Shown: positions 15,901 to 29,730 of the stretch, piece after piece
How the letters are laid out: the number at the start of each line of letters is the position of its first letter
How positions within the stretch are numbered: the stretch's first letter is position 1
Assembly: GCA_026023565.1 (NCBI GenBank)
Contig: JAPETS010000028.1
Span: 62,001-126,000, forward strand
Direction: 5' to 3'
Origin: Cirrosporium novae-zelandiae
Lineage: Eukaryota
Length of the DNA stretch: 64,000 nt
The notes under the pieces: model-generated
Told to the model about the DNA's origin: nothing
The model's input: the letters and a program-made list of their open reading frames with translations, nothing else
The model's database searches: none
Translations under genes and position numbers: made by a program

Positions 15901-17969
15901 AATATCGTATATATATCTCTAAAATCTCCGAATCGACGACGAAATCGTCGAGATAAATTTTAATATATTTTTTATATTTTTTTATTATTTTATCGATTAT
16001 TCGTTAAATATAAAAAATTGAATTTCTATATTTTATAACGATAATATTAAAACGTTTTTAGTTTCGATAAATAACGACGACGAATTTATATTTATTTTAA
16101 AAATATATTCGCTACTAATAGAAAAAAAAATATAATTTATCGTAATAATAAAAAAATAATTTCTAACGATAATAATAACGTCGGACTATAAAAAAATAAA
16201 ATATAAATCAAATTAAATAATTTTATTAAAATTATTAATATCGATAATTACGTATTTTTTTTTTTAGATTCGGCGCCGTTTTTATAAATCGTTTTTTAGA
16301 CGACGAAAACGGGGCAATTAAACGGAATAAATTTAGTATTTTATTTTATCCGGTTTTAATTATATAATTTATCGAATATTTCGTTAATAATCTATTTATT
16401 TTTAGAATTAATTAAATAGATTTTGGTTATTCTAAATATTTATTTTTTTCAGCCGTCGATAAATAGGATACGGAATTAATTATTTTCGGGGACGTCGACG
16501 ACGTTGCCGCGGTTTTCCTAAAATTCAGAGAAATTTATAACGACCTTAACAATTTATACGGCAGTAGATTCAGATATATTCGTATCGCCGTAGATTATCA
16601 GACCGTTGGGGAGTTTTATCTTACGTATACGGCCGCTCTCGTCCGTATCTGCAGAATAAACTTCTCTAGCGGAAAAAACCGAAAAGGCCGTTTTTACCCA
16701 ATTTTATTCGTCAAAATTTTTCCGGGTATTTACGAAAAAAATTCTAACTCTCGCCAAAAACTTTATTTCCGTATTTACGTATTAACAGTTTTTTTGATTG
16801 TAATTAATAATAACGTTTATACGTGTTTTTATAGAAATAAACACTATTTATACGGAATTATTATATATTTCGATATATATCAAATCCGCGTCAATCAGGG
16901 CGGAATAAAGATCGATCGAATAATAATTAAATTCAAAAAAATAATCGCGGTCAATAAATAGAAATTTATTAAAATTAACGGAAATATTTAATTTCGAATA
17001 AAAAAAAATAATCTAATTTTTTTATTAAAAACCGTTCGTCTATATTTATTTTTTTTTGGTACTACGTGAATACGTATTTATACGTTTTATACCGCGGGAA
17101 ATTAAATATTTTTTTATAATAATTGACGATAATACCCTAAAAATCTAAAATATCGAGACCGACAAATAATTTAGTTCGGAAATTATCGACGACGTATATT
17201 TCAATAGAAATACGGGCTATTTTCCCGTTTTTAATAAAAAAAAAAAGATTCTGGACGATATATTCCCCGTATTAATAAATATCTGGACCGATATCCTGGA
17301 TATTGATAGAATTAATTATAAATTTAATTTTATTTATAAAATCAGGGATATTCCGCTCGAAATATTTATAATCACCGAAAATAATCGTATAATCAATATT
17401 TATATAGTAATTGTTATTGTTAGCGTCGGAAAAAAAACGAATTTCCGTTTCGGCGTAATATTATTTTTTAAACGCGTAACCATTATTTTATATTAAAAAA
17501 ATAGATAAATCGACGATTATTAATTTTACGTTAATTTATTTAATTGGCGCGTCAGTTTTTTTATTAAAAAAAGAAAAAAAAAATTTAATACGTTTTTTAC
17601 GTGCGCAGCCTTTTTTCAAATATTTATATAAAAAATTATTATTTGCGAACGACGTTTTACAATTTCTGTATTCGATATTTGGGATATCAACGTAAAACGA
17701 ATAAGTGAATTTTTTTTAAGGGTATATTTATATTCTGCTGGGGTGGAAAAATAGGAAAATCTTTCGAAATCAATTATATAATCATTTAACGAAACGAATT
17801 ATATTTTAACGTTTAGATATTTATTTTATTGCCCGTTAATTTCTGTTTTAGGTTTTTTTTATTCCGTTGACGCGTTATATATCCGAAATATATTATACGG
17901 ACGTTATTGGGTTATTTATATCGATTTAGGAAATCTATCGGCTTACTCTAAAAAATTATTCGGCGCGTT
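15901..17969 (-). mobile_element. Ty3/Gypsy pol fragment (protease-linker-RT), no LTRs seen
   Basis: Minus-strand translation gives YVVDNFRTKLFVGLDIL (~17150-17200), KLPNGLIIYG, NRGNVVDVPE, CPVFVV*K, FFY**R and IYLDDFVV (~15935-15958). Confidence 0.8.
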
Positions 17970-20490
17970 GATAATGATGATGATTATTCATTGTTTTATA
18001 TCCATATATCGCTTAGAAACTATGACGGATTCTATTCGGGGGTTTTTAGGCTTTTTTGTATCCCTATTCGGGCTTATTTTTAATTAAGATAGTGGGGGTT
18101 ATTTCTTTAGTTCGGTTATATAGCTTCCCCTCTTTTTTAGATTTCCTAGAATCATCTGATTTATTTAACCGGATAGTTTTTTAGCGTTATTTCGGTATTC
18201 GTAATTTATAAATAGGTTTATTCGTATTTTTTTTTGATTTTTTCAGTTTTTGTTTACGTATACGCTTATCCCGCGTTTTTATTACGGGTTTAGTTTTTAT
18301 TTAATATTTATTTTTTGATCGTGTTTTTTTCGTGTCCGGGTTCTATTTATCCCTAATCTAGATACGTTTCACGATTTTTTATTTCGTATTTGGTTTAGTA
18401 TTAGGGTTTCCCTATTTCCGTATCGTTTAAAAAACGTATCCAATTTTTAGAGAATTTTCGGTTTTTTAATATAAATACCAGTTTTTTTTTTTTAGTTGTA
18501 TTAGGCTATTGATTCCCCCGTTTTTTTATTATTTCCCGTAAACGGGTTTTAGCCGTTTTTTAGCGCGGATATATTAATATTAAATAAAATATATTTTAAT
18601 ATAAAACGCCGTATTACTAATATTCTGGGATAATAATAATTTTCGTATAATATATATATTTTTTAATAACGGCGTATTCCGTTTTTATTTAATAAAATTT
18701 ATCGAGCGAGTTTTTTATTTTTTAATTATATAATTAGTTATACGTTTTTATAATCCGTTTTTCCGTTATATTACGGATTATATAAATTAACGAAATTTAT
18801 TTTATTATTTTATTATTTTTTAATATTATATTTATTTTGGTCGTTTAATTTATTATTTCGTTTTTTAATATTTTATAATATTTTAGAATTTATTTAATAA
18901 CGATTTTCGTTTTTTAATTTATTAAATATTTAATATGTTTATATATTTTTTATACGATCGTTTAATTTTTTTTTAATTTTTTTTTTTCGATTTATATAAT
19001 AATCGTTTACGAATTAAATAATATTATTATTTTTTTTTAAAAATTTTATAGTTATTTAGGTATATTCTAACCGCTATTTTTAAGGCCGTTTACACCCCTT
19101 AAAATTCTATATCGAATATTTTTTTATTTTAATTTAGATAATATTTCCGTATCGTTTATAAAAAATTTTCGGCTATTTTTTAAATTATTCCCGTTTTTAT
19201 TTTACGGTTTTTTAATTTAGATTTATTTAATTAATATACGTTTTTCTAGTTTTACGTTAATATTTAATTAAAAATTTATTATTTTAGAAATATTATTATT
19301 TTTTTTAAAAATCTATTTTTTTCGATTATTTAGATTTTTTCGATTTTAAAATTCGGATTTATTATTTTTTAAATTATCGTTATAATTAAATATTAATTTA
19401 ACGTATTTTTTTTAATTTTTTAATAATTATTGTTTTAATTAAATATTTATATTTTTTATTTTAAACGTTATCGATAATATTAGATTCGTTAAATTTTTTT
19501 CGATTTTTTAAAAATATCGAAATCTATATTTTTTTATACGATATTTAATATTACGTTTACGGGATATATATAGATTATTTATATAACCGTTATTATTAAA
19601 ATTATTTTATAAATTTTCGTTATTAATCTAATAAATTTATTTAATAATTTTTGAAATTTTATTTAATAACCGGTTTATTTTTTTTATTAGATTTTATATT
19701 TATATATATAAATTAATATTATAATCGTTACGATTATTTAATACGTAAATCCCGTAAATAACCCGTTTCGGTAATATATATATTTAATTATTTTTTCCGT
19801 GTATTTAATTTTAATTAAACGTTAAACGTAATAGATTTAGAAATTAAATTTCGGGTTTAATTATATATTTAATTACCGTACGTAATTTCTTTTATATTTA
19901 ATCGGGTAATTATTAATATTTATATAATTTAAAAAAATTATATTTTCAATTTTTTAAATATAGAATTCTAAATTATTTTTTTTTTATTGAACCGCCGTTT
20001 TCGTTATTTATTAAATAGTTTTTCGGGTTTGTTTATTATTTATATAGGTTATTAAAAAATTTACGTCGTCCACAAATAATAGAGTTTTGATCCTAAAAAC
20101 CGCCTATTTTACGGCTGCGAATAACCCGCTGTAATATATCAGGAATAATATTGGGGATATAGGCGATTTTTGCGGTATTTCCGTTTCTATATTAATTCGG
20201 GGTTGTATTTCTCCGTCGATCATTAATTCGACGTTTCGTTAGATTATAAAATTGGTTATTTATCTAATAATATTTTTATTGATTTCTAACTGTTTTAGGC
20301 GTTATATTAATCTAAATCGCAGTATATAGTCGAACGCTTTTTTAATGTCTATAAATAAAATATAAATCACTTGTTTTCGGTTAAACCCTTCCTTTATTCG
20401 GTGTGTCGGACACGCAAGCGCATCGACTGCGCTCCGATTACGCCTCGACCCAAATTGGCCTTTATACAGTTTATTCATGCTTTCGTATAT
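17970..20490 (-). mobile_element. 5'-truncated Tad1-like LINE (RT-RNase H-3' UTR)
   Basis: (ATG)n tail at ~17970-17991. Minus strand reads IPQKSPISPILFLIYYSGLF...FVDD (20065-20076). Confidence 0.9.
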
Positions 20491-20974
20491 ATGAAATATT
20501 TTATATTTATTTATAAATAATCGAATAAATTTATATTTTAATTTTTTAATCCTATTATTTTATAAAATTTAATAAATATATAGTTTTTTATTTAAATAAA
20601 TTGTACGTTTCGCGCGGTTTTTCCGGATTCAAATATTAAAGATTTTATTAATTTTTTTAAATTTATTAATTTTAATTGCAATAAACGTCATTATCATAAA
20701 ATTATTTATATATATGTTAAATATAATTTTATTAAAATATATAAATAAGTAAAAATTCAAAAAAAATCTAATAATAATTTAATCGTCGTAATTCTTACGT
20801 TAATATATATTTTAATTATAAATAATTTATTTCAGTTTATATAAATTTCGTAATATTTTTAGAATATATTTTTTAAATAATTATATATAGATTATTTTTT
20901 TTTTTTAATTTTAATTTAATAAAAATATTATTAATATTTATTGATTTAATTTTTAAATTTTTAATTATGATTAT

Positions 20975-21077
20975 GGGGGTGAGTGGTGTAGAGATATAAG
21001 GCACCACTAGGGAGTAACGTTATTCCGGGCTTGTTTTGGCATAATAGTGCTCGTGGGTTCAATTCCCGCCACTTTCA
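20975..21077 (+). other. tRNA-like sequence (tRNA pseudogene or SINE-type Pol III head)
   Basis: GGGGGTG can pair with CACTTTC-A as an acceptor stem with G-U pairs. A-box-like TGGTGTAGAG. T-arm GTGGG-TTCAATT-CCCGC contains B-box GGTTCAATTCC (21056-21066). CACTA/TAGTG stem encloses an oversized loop. No anticodon assignable. Confidence 0.55.
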
Positions 21078-21796
21078 CAATTATAAAATCACGTGATTTT
21101 ATAATTTCTTATTCTCGACAATATAACAGTCGTAAATAGGCTATTGTACGGACAATTAGTCAGCTAAAATCCTGGGGAAATCTAATTTTGAAAGTACGAT
21201 CCTAGGGCCTAGACCCTAGGGTTAAATCCTAGAAATTGGATTTCATATATAATTCTAAATAGGGGAATCGCTTTAAAAACTATCCGATAATATAAGAATT
21301 AGGGTTTAGGCCTTATATCCTATATTGACAGGACACCCCTAGCCTTGTCAAATCAAAAATTCTAGAAAGGGCTGTTTTCCGGGTATCCCTGCGCCCGGAT
21401 TTTAGCTCTAGAATTGAAACAGGCGGTTAGTCCTATATATAGGGCAAAACTACGACGGTTTTTAGCCTAAAAGGGTTAGCGGCAACGGGAAATCAATTAG
21501 CTGGATTGACGGGCCGTAGCAAGGAACTACTGAAGGTCGACTTAAGGTCCCCGAGGCGTTAGGAAATCAGGGTCCAGGGGGCTAGTACTAGGGGTTAGAC
21601 TAGGGTCTAGGGATTAGGTCTAGGGGGGGATTAGGGGGCTAGGATTAGGGCTTGGATCAGGAAGAACTAGGGTTTAGGGAGTGAAACGGCAATATAGGTA
21701 ATTTGGCTCGAGAGGACAGACGCGGTAGTCGGTTTAGATGTAATTACCAAGTTTAAAATATATCCCTAGAATAGACGAATTGAAAACGTTGACTAA

Positions 21797-22787
21797 ACGG
21801 CTATTAAACGGATTGAAAAAAAGGGGTTAGGAAAGGGCTAAACGATCGTATAAAGGATATACGAGTATACTAAATATCTAATAGATCAAAGGGCGAAAAT
21901 CGCTATTAAATAGGTCCTAGAGCACCACGGGGTACCAAAAAACGAAACAGCAGATCAAACGGCCAAAATAGATATAACGCTAAAGAATAATAGAATAGCC
22001 GAATAAATCTCGCTAACCTATATAGCCCGTAATATAACTAAAAAACGGGTAATAAAAATATATAATTAGTTATACAATTAAGGAGCAAAAAAATCGCCCG
22101 ATAAACCGTATCGAATATACCCGAAATATAAAAAAGATCGGGTGCTAAAATACGCGTCTAAAGGGCTGGTAGACAGGCTCTATCAAATAAGGACGGGGTA
22201 CGCCGCCACCGGAGAATATATACACCGCACGAAAGCTGTTACTACCGCGGAATATTTGTGATACGGGGCCCTATATCAAGACGTTCCCCATTTAATATTA
22301 ATATGCCCGCCCTGGAGAGCGGCTAGGGCCCGGTTGCGGGGAGCAGTGGAAAAACAGGGGGGCCAGACACGAAACGGAAAATCGTGAGGCGTACCTGGAT
22401 TGGGGGTGGGTAGAACCCGGACACGGGGGGGATGAGGACCCGGACGTAGGTGTTGGGTAAGAGCGGGGTCCGTAGTAGATACGCGGGGTGAGCGCATGCG
22501 AGAGCAAGGACTGAAAAAATCGAAAATAGGTACGAATAGGCCTATTTATAGGCTACGAACACCGAAATAGCGCTAAAAAACTATCCGGTTAAATAAATCA
22601 GGTGATTCTAGGAAACCCAAAAAAAGGGGGAAACTATATAGCCGAACCAGAAGAGTAACCCCCACCACTATAAATAAAAATAAGCCCGAAAAAAAATACG
22701 AAAAAATCTAAAAACCCCTAAATAGAATCCGTTATAATTTCTAAATAATATATAGATATAAAACAATAAATAATTATTATTATTATT
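21797..22787 (+). mobile_element. 5'-truncated LINE (RNase H, CCHC, 3' UTR), only lightly RIPed
   Basis: Reads AIKRIEKKG...IK*VLEHHGVPKNETADQTAK (RNase H WVPGH..GNE.AD), YQIRTGYAATGEY and degenerate C-x2-C...H-x4-C (EYL*YGALYQDVPHLILICP). Tail ends ~22787. Confidence 0.9.
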
Positions 22788-23023
22788 ACGAATTATATAT
22801 ATTTGTTTTCTAATATTTTTCTTTTTATTAATTTTATTCAGAACGATTTTTTTAGATCGTTCTATCAAATATCGTAAAAATAGTTTTTTTTATAATAAAT
22901 ATAGAACTATCGGTCCACAGTCGTAACGTAAACGTATTATCTGAAATATTTTTATTAAATTTAATATATAAAATTCTAATAATTTTATTTAAACCTAATA
23001 TATATATTTTATATTATTTAATA

Positions 23024-26000
23024 TAATAATAATGATTATTTATTATTTTATATCTATATATCGTTTAGAAACTATAACGGATTCTATTCGGAGGTTTTTA
23101 AATTTTTTCGTATTTTTTTTCGGGTTTATTTTTAGCTAAAATAGTGGGGGTTATTTCTCTGATTCGGTTATATAGTTTTTTCTTTTTTTTGGGTTTCCTA
23201 GAATTATTTGATTTATTTAACCGGATAATTTTTTAGCGTTATTTCAGTGTTCGTAATCTATAAATAGATTTATTCGTATTTATTTTCGATTTTTTCAGTT
23301 TTTATTTTCGTATACGTTTATCCCACGTATTTATTACGGATTCCGTTTTTATTTAATATTTATATCTGGGTTTTTATTTTTTCTGTATCCGGGTTTTATT
23401 TATTTTTAATCTAGGTACGTTTTACGATTTTCCGTTTCGTATTTGATCCAAAATTAGGGTTTTTTTATTTCCGTATTATCTAAAAAACGTATCTAATTTT
23501 TAAAAAATTTTCGGTTTTTTAATACGAATATTAGTTTTTTTTTTTTAATTATATTAAATTATTGATTTTTTTATTTTTTTATTATTTCCCGTAACCGGAT
23601 TTTAACCGTTTTTTAGCGCGGATATATTAATATTAAATAAAAAACGTTTTAATATAAAATTTTATATTATTAATATTCTAAAATAATAATAATTTTCGTA
23701 CGATATATATATTTTTCGGTAACGGCGTATTCCGTTTTTATTTAATAAAATTTATTTATTAATTTTTTAAACGTATATTTTAATATTTAATTTTTTTTTT
23801 ATTTCGGATATATTCGATATAATTTATTAAACGATTTTTTTATTTTTTAATTATATAATTAATTATATATTTTTATTATTTATTTTTTAATTATATTATA
23901 GATTATATAAATTAACGAAATTTATTTAATTATTTTATTATATTTTAACGCCGCGTTTATGTTAATTATTTAATTTATTATTTCGTTTTTTAATATTTTA
24001 TAATATTTTATAATTTATTTAATAATAATTTTCGTTTTTTAATTAATTAAATATTTAATATATTCGTATATTTTTTATATAATTATTTAATTTTTTTTTA
24101 ATTTTTTTTTTTCGATTTATTTAATAATCGTTTATAAATTAAATAATATTATTATTTTTTTTTCGGAAATATTATAATTATTTAAATATATTTTAATTAT
24201 TATTTATAAAATTATTTATATTTTCTAAAATTTTATATCGAATATTTTTTTATTTTAATTTAAATAATATTTTTATATCATTTATAAAATTTTTTCGATT
24301 ATTTTTTAGATTATTCCCGTTTTTATTTTACGATTATTTTTTAGATTATTCCCGTTTTTATTTTATAATTTTTTAATTTAAAGTCATCCGATTAATATAT
24401 ATTTTTTTAATTCTATATTAACGTTTTATTAACAATCTATTATTTTAAAAATATTATTTTTTTTTTTAAAAATCTATTTTTTTCGATTATTTAAATTTTT
24501 TTAATTTTAAAATTCGGATTTATTATTTTTTAGATTATCGTTATAATTAAATATTAATTTAATATATTTTTTTTAATTTTTTAAATTTATTAAAAATTTT
24601 TTAATAATTATTTTTTTAATTAAACGTTTATATTTTTTATTTTAAACGTTATCGATAATATTAAATTTATTAAATTTTTTTTAATTTTTTAAAAATACCG
24701 AAATCTATATTTTTTTTATATAATATTTAATATTACGTTTATAAAATATATATAAATTATTTATATAATTATTATTATTAAAATTATTTTATAAATTTTT
24801 ATTATTAATTTTATAAATTTATTTAATAATTTTTAAAATTTTATTTAATATCCGATTTATTTTTTTTATTAGATCTTGTATTTATATATATAAATTAATA
24901 TTATCGTTATTACGATTATTTAGCGCGTAAATTTTATAAATAATCCGTTTTAATAATATATATATTTAATTACGTTTTCCGCGTATTTAATTTTAATTAA
25001 ATATTAAATATAATAGATTTAAAAATTAAATTTCGGATTTAATTATATATTTAATTATTATATATAATTTTTTTTATATTTAATCGAATAATTATCGATT
25101 CTAATTTTCAATTTCGTATTTATTTAAATTTAATATTTACGTAATTTAAAAAACGTTATAATTTTAATTTTTAAATATCGAATTCTAATTTATTTTTTTT
25201 TTTATTAAACCGCCGTTTTCGTTATTTATTAAATAATTTTCTGGATTTATTTATTATCTATATAAATAATCGAAAAATTTATATCGTTCACGAATAATGA
25301 GGTTTTAATTTTAGAAACCGCCTGTTTTACGGCTGCGAATAGCCCGCTGCAATATATTAAAAATAATATTAGGAAAACGGATAATTTTTACGGTATCCCT
25401 ATTTTTATATTAAATCGGGATTATATTTTTCCGTCGATTATTAATTCGATATTTCGTTAAATTATAAAATTAATTATTTATTTAATAATATTTTTATCGA
25501 TTTTTAATTATTTTAACCGTTATATTAATTTAAATTATAATATATAATTAAACGTTTTTTTTATATTTATAAATAAAATATAAATTATTTATTTTTAATT
25601 AAATTTTTTTTTTATTTAATATATTAAATACGTAAATATATAAATTATATTTCGATTACGTTTCGATTTAAATTAATTTTTATATAATTTATTTAAATTT
25701 TTATATATATTTATTAACGTATTAATTATAATTTTTTCGATTATTTTATTTAAATAATATAATAAATTTATTATTTTATAATTTTTAATTAATATTTTAT
25801 CGGTTTTTCCGGATTTAAATAATAATATTCCCCGGATATATTTTTATTACGTCGAATAATATTTTAATTAAAAATAATATCGGATTATTTTTATTATTTT
25901 ATAAAAATCTTATTATTATAATATATAAAACGTTTTAAATTAAATTCCGTTATATTTTAAAATTTTATTCGTATTTTATATATATAACGTTTTTTGTATT

Positions 26001-29000
26001 ATTTTTTTAAATAATCATTAAACGAATATTTTTTTTATTGAAAATTAAAATTCGGGATTTTTTAAAAATAACGGAAAAATTCGTTTTTATATAAAAATTT
26101 TTTTATTTTTAATTTTTATCGTTATTTTCCCGTTTTTTATATAAATCGTTAATATCGGATTTTAATATTAAAATTTATAATATTTTAATATTTTTTATTT
26201 TTATTCAATATTTTCGGGATTTAAAAATTTATTTAAATCGTTTTTTTTTATATATATTTAAAAAAAATCGATTTATTTATTTTTTTTTTTAATTTTAATT
26301 AATTTTATAAATTTTTTAAATATTATTTTAATTTTTTTATAAATCCGGTATTTTTATTTCGTTTTTTTAAATATTATATAATATTCGTATTTTTTAATAA
26401 TATATTCGGGGTTTTATTAAATTTTCGATTAAATATATATTTATTTAGATTTTATATATTTATTAAAAATAATTTTTAATTAAATAATAATTTTTTATAT
26501 TTTATTTTTTAATTATATTTCTATATAATATACGATTAATATATTTTTTATAATTAATTAAAATTTTTATTTTTATTTCGTTTTAATTTATTATTAAAGA
26601 TTTTTTAACGATTTTAAATTTTACGAATTTAAAATTAATTAATTTATTTTTAAATAATAATTTTTTTATTCGAATTAAATAAAAATATAATTTAAATTAA
26701 TTTTTAATTTATTAGTTATATAAATAATTTATTCAGATTTTTATATTAAATTATAAATATTATAATTTTTTATTAATATTATTTTATTATTATTAAAAAT
26801 AAATTTTTATTTTATATTTTATAAAATTTTTTTAAATTTTTATTATTAATTTTATTTTTAAAAATATATATTTTTTAATTTTTAATTATAAATATTAATT
26901 ATTTTAATCGATTTTTTTATTATTCCGTTTACGTTTATTATATTAATATTTAACGTTACGAAATAAAAATAATTAATTAAATTGATTTTTACGATTATTT
27001 TTAAAACGATATTTTTTCGATTTTTACGTATAATAATAATCGTTTTCGCGATTTTATATTTTATTTAGATTTTTAATTTGGATTAATAAAATTTTTATAT
27101 CGAATATAATATTTTTTTTTTTAATTTTTAATTAAATTTTTATAATAATATTATATCCGTTCTAATTTATATAATCGATTCTAAAATTACGATTATTATA
27201 TCGTATTTTTTATAATAATTATATTATAATATTTTTATTTATAATTCGGATATATTATTATTTATTTACGATACGAATATTATTAATATTTTCGGTATTA
27301 TTAATATTTCAGGTATTATTTATATTTTTTTTTTTATTTTTTTTTAGAATTTAGGGGTTTTCAATTTTTAATTAAAATTTTTTAAATTTATTTTTTTTTT
27401 TAAAAAAATTAATACGTAAAACGATTATATAATATTTTTTCGGCGTTTTTTTTTTATATATTCTATTTTTATTTTTTAAATAATTAGATATTTTCCGTCC
27501 GTGATTATATAAAAATCTAAATAGTTTATATATTTTAATAAAATATATATATAAATTTCTATATACGCGGATTTATATTTTATTATCCGATATTAATAAT
27601 TTTATATTTTATATATTTCCGTATATATAATATATTTAAAAATTCTATTTTTATATTCTAAAAATAATTTATATTTTAATTAAATATATTTTAAATACGT
27701 TTTATTTATTTCTAACGTAAATTATCGGGTATATCGAAATTTATATTTTATTAAATAATAATTTTCGATTTTTTATTTTTTATATATTATAAACGGGAAT
27801 TCTATTTTAATTAAAATAATATATTTTTTTAATATAAATCCGATTCGTACCTATTTTTAATAATATTTTTCCGGTATTATTTATACGATTATCGTATTTC
27901 AGAATAATTAATAAATATTTTTTAAATTTGTTTTTATTAAATTTAATTTATTTAAATTTTTAAATATTTTTAAAAATATTTTTTATATTTTTATTTAATA
28001 TAAAATTTTTAATAAATATATATTTATTATTATATTATTTATTTTTATTATAATTTTTAGAATTTTTTATTTATATTTAAATATTAATATATCCGTATTA
28101 ATTTTTTTATTAAATGTAATTTTTAAATTGTTTTTTTTATTAATATAGATTTCCCGTATTTATAATTTAAATAATATATTTAAATTAATTAATTTAATAT
28201 TAATCGTTATTATTATTAATATTATAAAACCCGAATATTTAATTTTTTTTTATTAAAAATTAGTATTTTCTGATTTTTAGTTTTTATATTTTTATTTACG
28301 GAATTAATACGTTTTTTTTTATAAAATTTGATTATTTATTATTTTTTATTAGATTTATTTATTATTTTATTAATTATTTTAATATAAATAAATCCTGTAA
28401 ATTCTAATATTATTTTTATAGGAATTTATTTCGGGGTTTTCGGTATTAACGGTAGGGTTTTTTATTTAATTATTTATTTATATTATTGTCCGCGTATTAA
28501 ATATTTACGATCCGATTATTATATCTATTCGGGGTATTATTAAAAAAAATATTATTTTTTTTTTTTATTATTTATCCGGATTTAATTATTAAAATTATAT
28601 AATTTTTATTTATAAAATTTTCCGTTTTATTATATATAATTTCTATAGTTTTTATTTTGATTTATAATATTTAAATTATTATTATAATTATTTTTTTAAT
28701 TTATTAAAAATTTTTATTTAATTATATATAATTTTTTTTAATTTTTTTTTTAAATTTTTATAATTTTATTATTTCGTTTTTTTAAAATAATTATTCGGAT
28801 TTTTAAATCGAAAAATATTTCCTGTAATTATATTATAAAATCGTCGATTTTTAAAATTTAATATATTTTTTTTTCGATTACGAGAAATATATATATTATT
28901 ATATATTTAATTATTTATTCGATTAAAATATTTTAATTATTAATTTATTTTTTTTTAAAATTTTTTTTTTTTTATAAAATTTTTCGACGATATTTTTTTA

Positions 29001-29277
29001 TTTAATCGTTTTTTTTTTAGTATAAAAATTATAATATTAAATTATTAAATTTTATTATAAAATTTTATTTCGATTTATTCGATTTATTTTTTAAATATTA
29101 TCGTTTTTTTGTATCCGTTTAATTCTCGTTAATAATATATATTTTTTTAATTTCTGATATTTTTTTATTATTATTAAATTTTATAAATTTTAAATAAATA
29201 TTAATTATTTCGTATAACGGTCGTTATAATAATAAATTAATTTGGTGGTATAAAATTATTAAAAAACGTTTTTCAAA
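23024..29277 (-). mobile_element. Full-length Tad1-like LINE with target-site duplication
   Basis: Tail at 23024-23040 and family 5' end at ~29215-29275. Flanks ATTTTATATTATTTAATA (23006-23023) and ATTCTATATTATTTAATA (29278-29295) match 17/18. Confidence 0.9.
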
Positions 29278-29730
29278 ATTCTATATTATTTAATAATTTA
29301 TTCGTAATTAATAAATATTTTTTCCTATTTTCAGTCTATTAACTTGTCGTGTGTTTTTTTTATAAATAACGATTATATATTTAAATACGCGTAATATTTA
29401 TATTTTTATATTCGTAGATATATAATTTTTGAACGTTATTTATTATATATTTCTTTAAAAATTTTACGAATACGTTTTTATTCTATTTCTTTATGTTATA
29501 TAGTTTTTATATATTTAATGATTAAATAATTATATTTAATTTTATTATAAATATAAATATGTATTTTGATAATTTTATTCTAAAATAATATTAAAAGTCC
29601 GGCGTTTTTAATTACTATACGCGTGAATTCTTTGGTGATCTAAATAATTCGTTTAATTATTTCATTTTAATTTAAAATATATATAATAATATATTGAATC
29701 GTAATTCCTAAATTAATTAATCAAATTTCG

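Noticed and set aside
20975..21077. Selenocysteine tRNA or other functional tRNA call
   Set aside because: No TCA anticodon loop, non-canonical D-arm spacing and no assignable anticodon.
21088..21096. ATCACGTG as a CDEI point-centromere element
   Set aside because: Gene structure and RIP indicate a filamentous ascomycete, which has regional centromeres; no CDEIII-like motif recognised.
22276..22868. Short minus-strand ORFs in the ORF track (69, 73, 66 aa)
   Set aside because: Antisense to the LINE ORF2 end and 3' UTR; no independent coding evidence.
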